The notes under the pieces are model-generated. The model saw only the letters and a list, made by a program, of their open reading frames with translations, made no database searches and was not told where the DNA came from. A DNA stretch of 60,372 bases, from contig JBOFUV010000106.1 of assembly GCA_051652765.1 (NCBI GenBank), positions 1-60,372 on the forward strand. Direction: 5' to 3'. The position numbers and the translations under genes were made by a program. Source of the DNA: Microcoleaceae cyanobacterium (GTDB lineage: Bacteria; Cyanobacteriota; Cyanobacteriia; Cyanobacteriales; Microcoleaceae). Of the stretch, positions 36,377 to 46,704 are shown in pieces (the stretch's first letter is position 1; every line of letters starts with the position of its first letter).

Positions 36377-37828
36377 ATGTCTAACTTTTCAGATCATGTT
36401 TCAACTAACGTTTCAGATCCAGAACTTGACCTCACCGCTTTCAGGGCTAATTCAGGCCCATTTGAGTCGGATCAAGTTCAGAGCTTGTCCCCCGAACAAA
36501 TTCAGCAAGCGGCTCAACTCAGCCAACAAGTTCAGGGAACAGCCCGTCAGTGGCATCTGTATCTCAATGCTCTCGCATTGTTTGGCTTCGAAGACTGGTT
36601 GGCTTGGAGAGATGGGAGTTTGAATATCAGCCGAGACAATTGCTCGATCTTCAAACCAGAAGTTGCCCAGATGATCGATGCAGTTTGTGATCTACAAGTC
36701 GGTCAGTTTAGGGTTTGTCTCCTCACCACTGGCAAGCTCATGGATGATACAGTTCAGATCCCTAGAGCCCTGCTTGATTTACCCGAATATGCTGCCCATT
36801 TTTACGTATTGGTCGAAGTTCAAGAGGAAATTGAAACCGCAATTGTCTACGGATTTTTCTCTCATCAAGACTGGCTCACTCATCAAGCCCAAGCCCACCT
36901 CCAACCAGAGGCAGATTGGACGTATTCCGTTCCTCTGGACTGGTTTGACCTAGATGCAAATCGGTTATTGCTGTATTTGCGCTGTTTAGAGGTTGCTGCA
37001 ATTCCTTTGCCAGTGGCCGTGAATCATCAGGAAATTCTAACAGAACTTCAGCCGGAGTTGGTGACTGCTTTGTCCCAACTGAACCCCCAACGAACGGGAG
37101 AATCCCCGCAGCTTTGGCAGGTTTTAACCTGGGAACAGGGAGCGGCTGTTTTGACCCAGCCTCAACTGTTGCGGTGGGTCTATTTTAAGCAAAATCCCGT
37201 TAGGGTCGTGAGGGATATTGAGGCTGCTACCCTGAACCCGGTTGCCCATTTGTCAGATTTACTGAACCTGTTGACTCAGCCCGCTCTGAATGTTGGCTAT
37301 TGGTTGCAAAATGAACTAGACGATATCGCAACGCAATTGTCCTGGGTGTTAACGCCACAATTGTCCTGGGCTGGAGCCATGCGCTCTACGGCAACAAACT
37401 TGTCGCCTTCAGAGATGCGGTTGACAGCAGACCATACAGCAGACTATTTAGAAGTCATTCAAACCCTGCAAAATCAGGGAATAACCATTCCTCCCCAGAC
37501 TCGCTTAGCCTATCAAGACTTGCAACTGGATCAAGTGCCCCTTCGTCTTTGGGTTGCGGCTTGGGCTTTGGACTTTGGGGCAATCCCAGAATGGACATTG
37601 GCAGTGATTCTGAGAACTCCCTCGGGGGCTGCTCTTCCCAGTCATCTCACCTTTAGAATCAGTGACGCGATCGCGGTTTTAGTCGAAGAACAGGTAACGG
37701 CTGATGAGGACTATTACTGTCTATTTGCTCAGGTTTCGGGAGGATGGGATGAAAAATTTATCGCCACAATTGTCCTTGAGTCTGGCTCTTCAATAACCCT
37801 ACCCCCCTTTGCCTTCAGTCCAGTGTGA
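36377..37828 (+). CDS. DUF1822 family protein
   Basis: QWHLYLNALALFGFEDWL, DLPEYAAHFYVLVEV, DWTYSVPLDWF, LLLYLRCL, C-terminal TLPPFAF pattern recalled for cyanobacterial DUF1822 proteins; GAGGAG RBS. Confidence 0.85.
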   Translation: MSNFSDHVSTNVSDPELDLTAFRANSGPFESDQVQSLSPEQIQQAAQLSQQVQGTARQWHLYLNALALFGFEDWLAWRDGSLNISRDNCSIFKPEVAQMIDAVCDLQVGQFRVCLLTTGKLMDDTVQIPRALLDLPEYAAHFYVLVEVQEEIETAIVYGFFSHQDWLTHQAQAHLQPEADWTYSVPLDWFDLDANRLLLYLRCLEVAAIPLPVAVNHQEILTELQPELVTALSQLNPQRTGESPQLWQVLTWEQGAAVLTQPQLLRWVYFKQNPVRVVRDIEAATLNPVAHLSDLLNLLTQPALNVGYWLQNELDDIATQLSWVLTPQLSWAGAMRSTATNLSPSEMRLTADHTADYLEVIQTLQNQGITIPPQTRLAYQDLQLDQVPLRLWVAAWALDFGAIPEWTLAVILRTPSGAALPSHLTFRISDAIAVLVEEQVTADEDYYCLFAQVSGGWDEKFIATIVLESGSSITLPPFAFSPV

Positions 37829-37957
37829 TTCGACCCAGTTAAAACTTGCCCATTTGTCAGGCGGTATCATCCTGCGGATTGCTTTTAACCACGGCTTCAT
37901 GGAGAGCCGGAAGTTAGTGTGGCCTTCCCATAAACTTCAGTCCACAAGTCTGAAGGG

Positions 37958-39688
37958 TTAAAGGGCTGTGCCGTTAATATAGGACTGCGCTTCATTCCAA
38001 ACCACTGCACCGACTTGTTGTCCCAATCGCTGTCCGCTCAAATTTCCATCCGTAAAGTGAATGCCACCATACAGTCTTGAAATTCCAGCTTCTTCAGCCG
38101 CGTCAGAGAACGTTGGCCAGGAGAGGGTAACTGCTTCAACCGGAGTCACCCCTGGTTCAAGTGCTGAGCCACCCGGAGCCACTGTGATCGAACCGCCAAA
38201 TTCATCGCTCCCCGTGAACTGCTTCAAAACCTCTGCTGCCGCAGCACTAAAGGTACTATGACCCGACACATATTCTGGGAAAGGCGGAGTCGGAGCATTC
38301 ACACGTTGGTAGGGCTGCCAGTCTCCTCCATCAATCACTTGAGTTCCTTGACCAGGGCCGCCCCAAGCGTCTATCGGTTGTCCCTCAAACAACGTGCGAA
38401 TCACTGTGACTGGACGCACAGAGTCGTAGGCCAATTTAGCATCCCAGGCGGCAATACCTGCATCCAGCACAGCATTGCTCAGGGTGAAGAATAGCTTGAC
38501 ATCTTCATCCAGGGTCTGAGTATCCCGATCTGCAATGAATTGACCAAAAGTCATCCAGGTTCCAGGAGGGAAGGAAGTTCCTCCGCCATCTTCCCAAAAT
38601 TCTGTAATGATTTTCTGTTCATCGGTCAAGTTGGCGCTGATGTCCAACACCTCCTGAACTTGCCGCTCAAACTCAGGGCTACCCAGTGCTGTTGGGGCAG
38701 GCGGACGGAATTGATCGCCAGAGGTTAGGGCAAAGGGAGTGACCGTTCCCCATTGAGGCGTGAGGAAGCTTTGGGCTTTGCCATTTGGATCATTCAAAGG
38801 CACTCGCAAAGGTTGCCAACGACTGATATCAACCACTGCGTCTGGGGTGTTTACCGATTGATAGTCCGTCGTATTTGCATAATTATTTAACTGATTTGAA
38901 CCATCATTGACTCGAAAGTCCAGAATAGCATTGGCTGAAGCCGCCCCAATATCCCTCGCTGTACTGCTTTGGGTGGGATGGTAACCCAGTTGTGTCATCG
39001 CTGCATCTAACAGCGGTTTTTGGGCCGGGAACAGGTTCAGCAAAATTCGATAAGCGCCATGGCTCATCGCTTCACTCTTATTCGGGAGGGTGTTCTCTGC
39101 CAAAGGACGTTGCAGATCATCCCCGAGTTGAGTCCCAACAGCGACAGGATCGTAGCTGGCCCAAGCATCAAACAGGGCTGTGTGTACCATGGCATAGGTT
39201 CGGGAGGCAACTGTCGGGCCCGGAGAAGTGTTCCGAATAGTCTGTTGAGCGACTTCATCCCAAATCACCACGGTTTGGGCAAAGGGATCTCGGTTCTCCT
39301 CGATGCCAAAGGTGAGATAGTGATCTAAACAGTTCGCTAAGTCCCCGGTGACTGCATCAATCGCTACAGCAACTTCTGGATTGGCCTCGCGGTAAAGTTC
39401 CTCGCCGAATAAAGGGGTTGCCTCCCGTCCCTCGAACTGGCCGAATTGCAGATAGTGATCTAACCCTGAGACAAAATCTCCCAGATCAACAGCAACACTG
39501 ATCTCTGGATACAAATTGAGATAGTAGGTTTCGCTAAAGAATGCACCGGGCTGACGACCCTCTACTTGGCCAGCCTGCAAATAGTGGTCTAAACCCGAAC
39601 TAAACTGCCCAGCCTGAATTCCCTGAGCCACGTCAGGATAGAGAGTCAGGTAGAAATCCTCACCAAATAAATCGTTGAGAGTCAGCAT
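37958..39688 (-). CDS. Vanadium-dependent haloperoxidase / PAP2 superfamily protein with three N-terminal ~40-aa repeats
   Basis: AWDAK...RP, PPFPEYVSGHS, SRLYGGIHF active-site motifs; repeats F-E--Y---YPDV----G-DHYL-FG--EGR; ATG 39688 preferred because the ORF-track extension runs through a repeat element. Confidence 0.88.
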   Translation of the reverse strand: MLTLNDLFGEDFYLTLYPDVAQGIQAGQFSSGLDHYLQAGQVEGRQPGAFFSETYYLNLYPEISVAVDLGDFVSGLDHYLQFGQFEGREATPLFGEELYREANPEVAVAIDAVTGDLANCLDHYLTFGIEENRDPFAQTVVIWDEVAQQTIRNTSPGPTVASRTYAMVHTALFDAWASYDPVAVGTQLGDDLQRPLAENTLPNKSEAMSHGAYRILLNLFPAQKPLLDAAMTQLGYHPTQSSTARDIGAASANAILDFRVNDGSNQLNNYANTTDYQSVNTPDAVVDISRWQPLRVPLNDPNGKAQSFLTPQWGTVTPFALTSGDQFRPPAPTALGSPEFERQVQEVLDISANLTDEQKIITEFWEDGGGTSFPPGTWMTFGQFIADRDTQTLDEDVKLFFTLSNAVLDAGIAAWDAKLAYDSVRPVTVIRTLFEGQPIDAWGGPGQGTQVIDGGDWQPYQRVNAPTPPFPEYVSGHSTFSAAAAEVLKQFTGSDEFGGSITVAPGGSALEPGVTPVEAVTLSWPTFSDAAEEAGISRLYGGIHFTDGNLSGQRLGQQVGAVVWNEAQSYINGTAL

Positions 39689-39714
39689 AAAGTATCCCAA
39701 ATTTACTAGAAGAC

Positions 39715-39817
39715 TACAGCAATCAGTAATCATTGATGAACTGTCTGTGGTGCAGGCTTCTAGCCTAGGCAGGCAAGATGCCCTCTCCACGTTCATGCTG
39801 CAAATCAGATTGCGATA
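39715..39817. mobile_element. ~100-bp MITE/REP-like dispersed element, copy B
   Basis: TACAGCAATC...GGCAAGATGCCCTCTCCAC...CAAATCAGATTGCGATA. Confidence 0.7.
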
Positions 39818-39819
39818 TT

Positions 39820-39943
39820 TACAGTAATCCTAAACAGTAATCCTAAATAGTTGGGGGTCATGAGGTAAAGAGCGTTACTCTACTCAGGAACTTTGTTCCC
39901 AAACCCAACTTTAATATTTTCAAAACCAATTTAGGATTGCTAC
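39820..39943. mobile_element. Adjacent TIR-bounded element (CAGTAATCCTAAAT...ATTTAGGATTGCTA) with duplicated left end
   Basis: Imperfect 14-bp inverted ends; ACAGTAATCCTAA occurs twice in tandem at the left end. Confidence 0.45.
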
Positions 39944-40020
39944 ATTCAGAATGTATTATCCCTTTGAATAGGAAATTGTCAAGATCACTCTCTTTTGAGC
40001 GGCTCTCCTACCTCGTTAAT

Positions 40021-43000
40021 ATGAATTCAGAACTCCTTAATTTAAACGCCCCAATTCTATTTTTCCCAGTTCGTCATCATAGTCCATCCGCTGCAAAGTG
40101 TGTTCGAATACTGATTCAATCGATTCAACCTGCAGCCGTGTTAATTGAGGGGCCATTTGACTTTAATTCTCGCTTAGATGAACTTAAGTTGCCCCATCAA
40201 TTGCCCATCGCCATTTACAGTTACACCCAACTTGCTGACGGAACTCGACGGGGTGCATTTTATCCATTTTGTATTTATTCTCCAGAGTGGCAGGCTATTC
40301 AAACCGCAAATGAACTCAATATTCCGATTCGATTTATTGATTTACCCTGGACAAAAATTGCTACCCCTGAAATGGCAAGTCATCGCTATGCTGATGGGCA
40401 ATTACGGCAGAGTCAATATGTTAGTTTGCTGTGCAAAAAGTTGGGAGTTGAGGACTTTGATACCCTCTGGGATACCTTATTTGAAATTGATGATTCTTTG
40501 ACAGTTAACCAATATTTAGAACGGTGCCATCACTTTTGTTTTCATCTACGCTCAATGGATGAACTAGATCAAAAAATCTCTGCTATTGACTTACAGCGAG
40601 AAGCCTTTATGGTCGCTCAAATTCGGCAGGCTCACACTCAATATTCAGGGCAATTGCTTGTGGTTACCGGAGGATTTCACAGTTCTGCCCTCCATCAAAC
40701 CCTCTCTAAAGATACTTTGGGAATTGTTCCTGAACCCTTGGAACATTTGTTGGATTCAGAGGGTGGAATTGCCCTCACTCCTTATTCCTATGAACGGCTT
40801 GACAATCTAACGGGCTATGAATCAGGAATGCCAAATCCAGGCTTTTATCATCAGGTTTGGCAACAATATTTATCTCAAGAATTGGCTCAAGAGTTATCTC
40901 AAGAATTGGCTCAAGACACCACTTCTAAGATTGAACCGTATCGTCAATTGTTAATCATAGCAACTCAAGCCCTGCGACACCAAAATCAAGTCGTAAGCTC
41001 TGCGGATTTAATTGCAGTTGAAACCTTGGCGAGAGGCTTGGCAATATTTCGGAATCATGCTCGAATTTGGCGACAAGACTTGATTGATGGGATTATTGGT
41101 GCTCTGGTTAAGGAAGAACTGGATCATCAACTCAATCATCCTTTTTTGTTGGCGATTTATCAAAGTTTTCGAGGAGATGAACGGGGTGTTTTAGCAGATG
41201 GAACGCAGTCACCACCTTTGGTTCAAGAGTTAAGAATATTATTGGAGAAATATCAGTTAGAGCTAACCCTGAGGGCAGAAAAACTAAATCTAGATCTGTA
41301 TAATTCCTCTGATTTAGTTCGCAGTCAAATCCTTCATCAACTCAAGAATTTAGGCATTATCGGCTATAGCTATACAGGGGGAACAGACCTGCTACAACGC
41401 AAGGATTTGTCACAAATTCATGAACAGTGGTTACTGTGTTGGAGTCCAGACTTTGAAGCAAGTTGTATTGAAGCAGCCATTTATGGAGCAACTTTGGCAG
41501 ACTCAACAATTGCCAAACTCAAGGAAAAAATTTCAACCCTGGAACGAAATGCAGCGGCGGCGGCGGTCATTCTGGTCAACGCAAGTTTAATGGGCTTAGC
41601 TACAAAATTAGAGGATTGTTATTCTAATGGCTACTCCAATTTAATTGACATTATTCGCGCTGATAGTAATTTTTTCACTGTCACTCAAGGGTTAGGACAT
41701 TTGTTGTATCTCTACAGCTACAATGACATCTTTCAAACGCAAGGAGATGCTAAAATCGGTCAACTTTTAACAGAAACATTTCAGCGAGGATTATGGCTGT
41801 TAGAAAACTTGGGTCGGGTTCAAGACCGCGATCCTGAATTGCTGAAAGGACTTAAAACTTTATTAGAAACGTTTGAAAGATGTTCTAGGGTTGATCAACG
41901 TTTAACACCCGGTTCAGAACAAAGTTCAATACAACTTGATCGGGATTTTTTGATCGAAGTTCTGTATCGAACCAGTGTTGATCAGACGCAAACTCCTCTA
42001 CTCCGAGGGGCTTCAACTGGGGCAATTTGGGCGCTGGCAGAAGTTAGTACAGAGACAGTCAAGGAGAATCTTGATTACTTTTCAGATCCGGATCAATTGG
42101 GAGACTTCTTAACGGGTTTCTTCGGCTTGGCACGAGAAATTGTTCAACGTCATCCTGATCTGATGATGCAGCTTAATCAATTTATTCTGGACTATGATGA
42201 TGAAGAATTCTTGGCAGGGCTACCGGGGTTGCGATTGGCATTTTCCTACTTTACACCTCGGGAAAAATATCACATTGCTCGAACTTTATTGCAGTCTTTG
42301 AAATTAGACACAACTCAACTCTTGCCCGAATTAGACGTGAGCCCTGAAACCGCTGCTCAAATGGTGGCGTTTGAAACTGAAATTTTTCAAGCTTTGCAAA
42401 AATATGGGTTACGCTCTTCGGTCAATGCGGGTCAATTCAGTCTGTCGTCAACCCTTCAGCGCCAATCTACTTCAAAACCCTCGCCTTCAGACCCCTTAAT
42501 CAATCTGGCTCCAAACGCGGCTAATGCCTCGCAAGTTACATTTGACGAACAGCTCTGTAAATTGCGCTGGCGTTTAATCTTAGGGAATGGGACTGAATCC
42601 TTCCTGGGGGCGACCTTGGAGGGCCTCTGGGCACAGCGGGATTGTGCCCTAGGCTTTCTCTATGATCGGGAGTATGGGTCATCTCAAAATGTTCGCCCCG
42701 AAGAACGCCGGGGTGGTCAAGAGGAGGCACAATTAACGGTTCCAGACTGGATTAACGCAGTTCATGAACTGTTTCCTCAACAGACCATTGAACGGCTCGA
42801 AAAAGATGCCGTTGAGCGCTACAAACTGGAAGAAATCGTCACTAATCCGGAAGTACTCCAGCGGGTTCAGCCCAATCAAACCTTGCTCAAAGCCATCTTG
42901 CGAACTAAACATCTGATGAACCAGGAGGTTCTGACGATTGCCCGTCAATTGGTGCGAAAAGTGGTTGATCAATTGATGGAAAAACTTGCTCGACCGATTC

Positions 43001-43668
43001 AATCTCCGTTTTTAGGAGCCGTTAATCGCCAACAGCGTTCTTTACTCAAAGTTGCCAAAAACTTTGATGTGAAGACGACAATTCGCCGGAATTTAAAGTT
43101 CTATGATCCAACCCGTCAGAAACTTTATCTACAAACGCCCTATTTTTACTCCCGAATTCGTCGTCAGGTTGATCGCTGGCAAATTATTATTCTGGTGGAT
43201 GAATCGGGCAGCATGTTAGAGAGTGTGATTCACTCAGCGATTACTGCATCCATCTTTTTTGGCCTTAAAAGTGTTCGCACTCACCTGTGCTTATTTGATA
43301 CCTCAGTTGTTGATCTAACAGAAAGTTGTAACGATCCAGTTGAAGCAATGATGAAAGTTCAACTGGGAGGAGGAACCGATATCGGTCAAGCCCTGGCTTA
43401 TGCAGATCAGTTAATCGATAATCCCCGTCGAACGATTATTGTTTTGATTACTGACTTCTTTGAGGGCGCTCCTGTGAATCGATTGTTGTCTGTGACTCAG
43501 CAACTCGTTGAGAGTGGTGTCAATCTATTGGGATTAGCTGCATTAGATGGACAGGCAAACCCCTGCTATGACCTAGAAATTGCGTCTCAAATGGTAGCCC
43601 TTGGTGCACAAGTTGGAGCCATGACACCGGGAGAATTAGCGGAGTGGGTGGCGCAAAAGGTGCGGTAA
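40021..43668 (+). CDS. DUF5682 (YehM-like) domain fused to a VWA (YehP/CoxE-like) domain
   Basis: FFPVRHHSP, LIEGP, YSPEWQA, REAFM, GGFHS, GYESGM in the N-terminal part; RWRLILG start and MIDAS DESGS, GGGTDI, ITDFFEG in the C-terminal part; ATG 40021 preferred over TTG 39937. Confidence 0.85.
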   Translation: MNSELLNLNAPILFFPVRHHSPSAAKCVRILIQSIQPAAVLIEGPFDFNSRLDELKLPHQLPIAIYSYTQLADGTRRGAFYPFCIYSPEWQAIQTANELNIPIRFIDLPWTKIATPEMASHRYADGQLRQSQYVSLLCKKLGVEDFDTLWDTLFEIDDSLTVNQYLERCHHFCFHLRSMDELDQKISAIDLQREAFMVAQIRQAHTQYSGQLLVVTGGFHSSALHQTLSKDTLGIVPEPLEHLLDSEGGIALTPYSYERLDNLTGYESGMPNPGFYHQVWQQYLSQELAQELSQELAQDTTSKIEPYRQLLIIATQALRHQNQVVSSADLIAVETLARGLAIFRNHARIWRQDLIDGIIGALVKEELDHQLNHPFLLAIYQSFRGDERGVLADGTQSPPLVQELRILLEKYQLELTLRAEKLNLDLYNSSDLVRSQILHQLKNLGIIGYSYTGGTDLLQRKDLSQIHEQWLLCWSPDFEASCIEAAIYGATLADSTIAKLKEKISTLERNAAAAAVILVNASLMGLATKLEDCYSNGYSNLIDIIRADSNFFTVTQGLGHLLYLYSYNDIFQTQGDAKIGQLLTETFQRGLWLLENLGRVQDRDPELLKGLKTLLETFERCSRVDQRLTPGSEQSSIQLDRDFLIEVLYRTSVDQTQTPLLRGASTGAIWALAEVSTETVKENLDYFSDPDQLGDFLTGFFGLAREIVQRHPDLMMQLNQFILDYDDEEFLAGLPGLRLAFSYFTPREKYHIARTLLQSLKLDTTQLLPELDVSPETAAQMVAFETEIFQALQKYGLRSSVNAGQFSLSSTLQRQSTSKPSPSDPLINLAPNAANASQVTFDEQLCKLRWRLILGNGTESFLGATLEGLWAQRDCALGFLYDREYGSSQNVRPEERRGGQEEAQLTVPDWINAVHELFPQQTIERLEKDAVERYKLEEIVTNPEVLQRVQPNQTLLKAILRTKHLMNQEVLTIARQLVRKVVDQLMEKLARPIQSPFLGAVNRQQRSLLKVAKNFDVKTTIRRNLKFYDPTRQKLYLQTPYFYSRIRRQVDRWQIIILVDESGSMLESVIHSAITASIFFGLKSVRTHLCLFDTSVVDLTESCNDPVEAMMKVQLGGGTDIGQALAYADQLIDNPRRTIIVLITDFFEGAPVNRLLSVTQQLVESGVNLLGLAALDGQANPCYDLEIASQMVALGAQVGAMTPGELAEWVAQKVR

Positions 43669-44249
43669 GTTTTCATCGGATTACTGGGTTGAAGTTTCAT
43701 TGATATCTCAGTTGAGGGTCTAGTTTGTAACTCTGCAAGCTTAAATTCCAGCAGAGGATTAACAGGAGGAGTCTTGCTTAGAGAATTAGAATCCCCATTG
43801 ATCAAGGCAGAGACCAAGGAGTTATTTGAAACAAATGGCACTCCCCTGATGAACTCAGTGAACGAACAGTGAAGTCTCCCCAGAATTGACCTCAAATCAA
43901 GATTTCATCGCTGATCCCAGGCTTTGTTGATGCGTTGCTATACTGCATTCAGCATGACAAAATTAAAGCCTCAAACAGTCGCTAATGTTGGTAACTCTCA
44001 CTCAAAATGATGTATTAGTCAATTTTCAGAATGCTTTGATAGATGAATCACTCTAGCTCATAGGTTAGTGGATCTAGGGCACATATAACGACAGAATTAT
44101 CTCTGGCGTTACCCAATTCTCCAAGGAGAGTTCGTTTAATATTAAAAGTCAAGTTAAAACAGGTTACAACTGGAGCAGTTCAGTTATATGATGTAAGAAA
44201 TCCACAGATTCATGTGTTAGGATTAAGCAGTTCAATTTAGAGTATACCC

Positions 44250-44663
44250 ATGGCAAAAATGACAGCAGAAGCACCTTCTCTCAGTCCACTTACAGGTAAA
44301 GCTTTACTTCAGAAAGTGAAATCCCTGGGCAGCATCCCTCGCCGCGAGACCGCAAAGCTATGTGGCTATTACACGGCCACAAAAGACGATGAAATGCGAG
44401 CAAATATGACAGAATTCTATGATGCATTGCTGGCTGCCAAGGGAATTTCATTAGATCCAGGTCGCTCGAAAGATGGTCGAGGAAGAGAGGCAAGTTTCCG
44501 AGCTTGCGTTCATAGAAATGGTTCTCTTGTGATTGGAGCAAACTATACTCAGTCCATGGGATTACAACCTGGAGATCAGTTTGAAATCCGGTTGGGTCAC
44601 AAGCACATTCATCTCATTCAAGTTGAAGGAAGAGCTGACTATGATGCTGGCGAAGAAGAATAA
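44250..44663 (+). CDS. Cyanobacterial AbrB-like (cyAbrB) transcriptional regulator
   Basis: LTGKALLQKVK, AKLCGYY, FYDALLAAKG, GRGRE, VHRNGSLVIG..YT..MGLQPGDQFEIRLG.KHIHL. Confidence 0.92.
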   Translation: MAKMTAEAPSLSPLTGKALLQKVKSLGSIPRRETAKLCGYYTATKDDEMRANMTEFYDALLAAKGISLDPGRSKDGRGREASFRACVHRNGSLVIGANYTQSMGLQPGDQFEIRLGHKHIHLIQVEGRADYDAGEEE

Positions 44664-45188
44664 ATATCTCCTGATATATTTATTCTTCGTTGGTTAAAAC
44701 CTAGCCCACTGGCACCCTTGATTTGTGTTTGTGGGCTGTCTGTTAAACCTATCCGTTAAACCGGTTTGTTCAGGCTGTTTACTAAGCTTGCTGATGAAGT
44801 GAGTGATTTTGAGCAATCACTCCTCTGGTTAAAAATACTTATTATTCATGCCTGAATCTAGCTTAAACCTTGGCCTGAAATTGGTATTTGAAACATTACT
44901 CCTCAGACTACACGGTCTTAAATTCTGCAACTGTTCATCACTCTCAGGTTTTAGTTTTTTCCCATCACAAACTGTCTGCATTTGAACCCTGCAAATGCTC
45001 TCACCTGCGGGCAACACTATTAATGACTAATTCAGTACCAACGTTAAGTCGCAGCGGGATTATCTTGAGGATTGCGGGTAACTAGATGATCAACTTTGGC
45101 AATTAAGTACTTTTGCTTATGACCTCTTCCTGTTGTAACCTGTAGTAATAGTTCATAAACCTTGAGAACGAGATAAAGTCATAAGCCT

Positions 45189-46556
45189 ATGAACGTGACT
45201 CATCTGATTCAAGCGCAAAGGCAGTTTTTTGCAACGGGTCAAACAAAGGATGTCCAGTTTCGTCTAGGGCAACTCAAGCATCTGAAACAGGCGATCGCCA
45301 ACTCCCAAGCCGCTATTGTGGATGCGGTGAATGCTGACCTCGCCCGCCCCGAATTTGAAGCCTATTTTGAAATTGCCTCAGTATCAGAGATTAACTATGC
45401 CATTAAACACCTGAAATCTTGGGTAAAGCCCAAAAAAGTCCGTACCTCGATTGATCAATTTCCCTCTTCCGCTCAAATTTACCCTGAGCCGTTGGGAGTT
45501 GTGCTAATTATCGGCCCCTGGAACTACCCGTTTCAACTGATGATTTCTCCCTTGGTTGGGGCGATCGCTGCAGGGAATTGCGCCATCCTCAAGCCCTCTG
45601 AAATTGCAGTCAATACTTCCAGGGTTGTCACAGGTATCATCCAGAATACCTTCGACCCTGCCTATATTGTGGCCATCGAAGGAGGTGTGAACGTATCACA
45701 AGCTCTACTCGCTGAAAAATTTGATCATATTTTCTTTACGGGAGGCAAGAAAGTCGGTCAAGTGGTGATGGAAGCTGCCGCCAAGCATCTGACCCCTGTT
45801 ACTTTGGAATTGGGGGGCAAAAGTCCCTGTATTGTCGATGCTAATATTCAAGTTAAATCCGCAGCAAAGCGCATTGCCTGGGGCAAGTTCATCAATGCCG
45901 GACAAACCTGCATTGCCCCCGATTATTTGCTGGTTAATTCTAAAATCAAGGATGAACTGTTAGCCGCTCTCCAAACAAGTGTGCGAGAATTCTATGGTGA
46001 AAATCCTGAGGCAAGCCCTGATTATTGCCGGATCATCAACCCATATCATTTTGAACGGCTGACTCGATTGTTAGAAGATGGCAAAATTTTAATTGGCGGT
46101 CAAGTCAATTCAGCCACTCAGTATATTGCTCCAACCCTCATCGATCAAGTGTCCTGGGATGATCCAGTTATGCAGGAGGAAATCTTTGGGCCAATTTTAC
46201 CCGTTTTAGACTATCAGAATTTAGAGACTGCGATCGCTCAAGTCAATGCCCGTCCCAAGCCCTTGGCACTTTACTTCTTCTCCAAGGATGTGAAAAAACA
46301 GCAACAAATTCTCCGGGAAACTTCCTCTGGCGGAGTCTGTTTGAATGATACTGTAATGCATATTGGCATCACTGACCTTCCGTTTGGGGGAGTCGGAGAA
46401 AGTGGGATTGGCAGCTACCATGGCAGGGCTAGTTTTGATACGTTTTCCCATTACAAGAGTGTATTGCAAAAAGTATTCTGGCTTGACTTGAACTGGCGCT
46501 ATGCTCCTTACACAGGTAAGGTTGCTTTGATTAAAAAATTGGTCAGTGGATCATGA
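45189..46556 (+). CDS. Aldehyde dehydrogenase (ALDH3-like)
   Basis: PWNYP, LKPSE, FTGG, LELGGKSP, NAGQTCIAPDY, EEIFGP, PFGGVGESG. Confidence 0.96.
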   Translation: MNVTHLIQAQRQFFATGQTKDVQFRLGQLKHLKQAIANSQAAIVDAVNADLARPEFEAYFEIASVSEINYAIKHLKSWVKPKKVRTSIDQFPSSAQIYPEPLGVVLIIGPWNYPFQLMISPLVGAIAAGNCAILKPSEIAVNTSRVVTGIIQNTFDPAYIVAIEGGVNVSQALLAEKFDHIFFTGGKKVGQVVMEAAAKHLTPVTLELGGKSPCIVDANIQVKSAAKRIAWGKFINAGQTCIAPDYLLVNSKIKDELLAALQTSVREFYGENPEASPDYCRIINPYHFERLTRLLEDGKILIGGQVNSATQYIAPTLIDQVSWDDPVMQEEIFGPILPVLDYQNLETAIAQVNARPKPLALYFFSKDVKKQQQILRETSSGGVCLNDTVMHIGITDLPFGGVGESGIGSYHGRASFDTFSHYKSVLQKVFWLDLNWRYAPYTGKVALIKKLVSGS

Positions 46557-46620
46557 AGGAACTCAGAAATGTGTAGATCAATCTTGAAACGGATTGCAAA
46601 CAATAAAAAACGAAAACAAT

Positions 46621-46650
46621 AAAAAACGCCCTCCAAGCTGGAGAGCGTTT
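46621..46650 (-). terminator. Rho-independent terminator of psbA (possibly bidirectional)
   Basis: Hairpin AAACGC-CCTCCA-AGC-TGGAG-AGCGTTT followed by a U-tract on the minus strand. Confidence 0.75.
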
Positions 46651-46704
46651 ACAGTGGTCAGAAACCTAACCTAAATTAGCTATTCAATTAGCTATCAAAT
46701 TAGC

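Noticed and set aside
39689..39796. N-terminal extension of the haloperoxidase ORF
   Set aside because: It translates repeat element copy B; the true start is more likely ATG 39688
43587..44249. ORFs or ncRNA in the gap before cyAbrB (102-aa minus ORF; ~32-aa TTG ORF after a GGAGG near 43767)
   Set aside because: No recognisable motif; the minus ORF overlaps the VWA gene end; cannot be supported without homology data
44829..45085. Short ORFs between cyAbrB and the aldehyde dehydrogenase
   Set aside because: Non-ATG starts, mutually overlapping, no family signal
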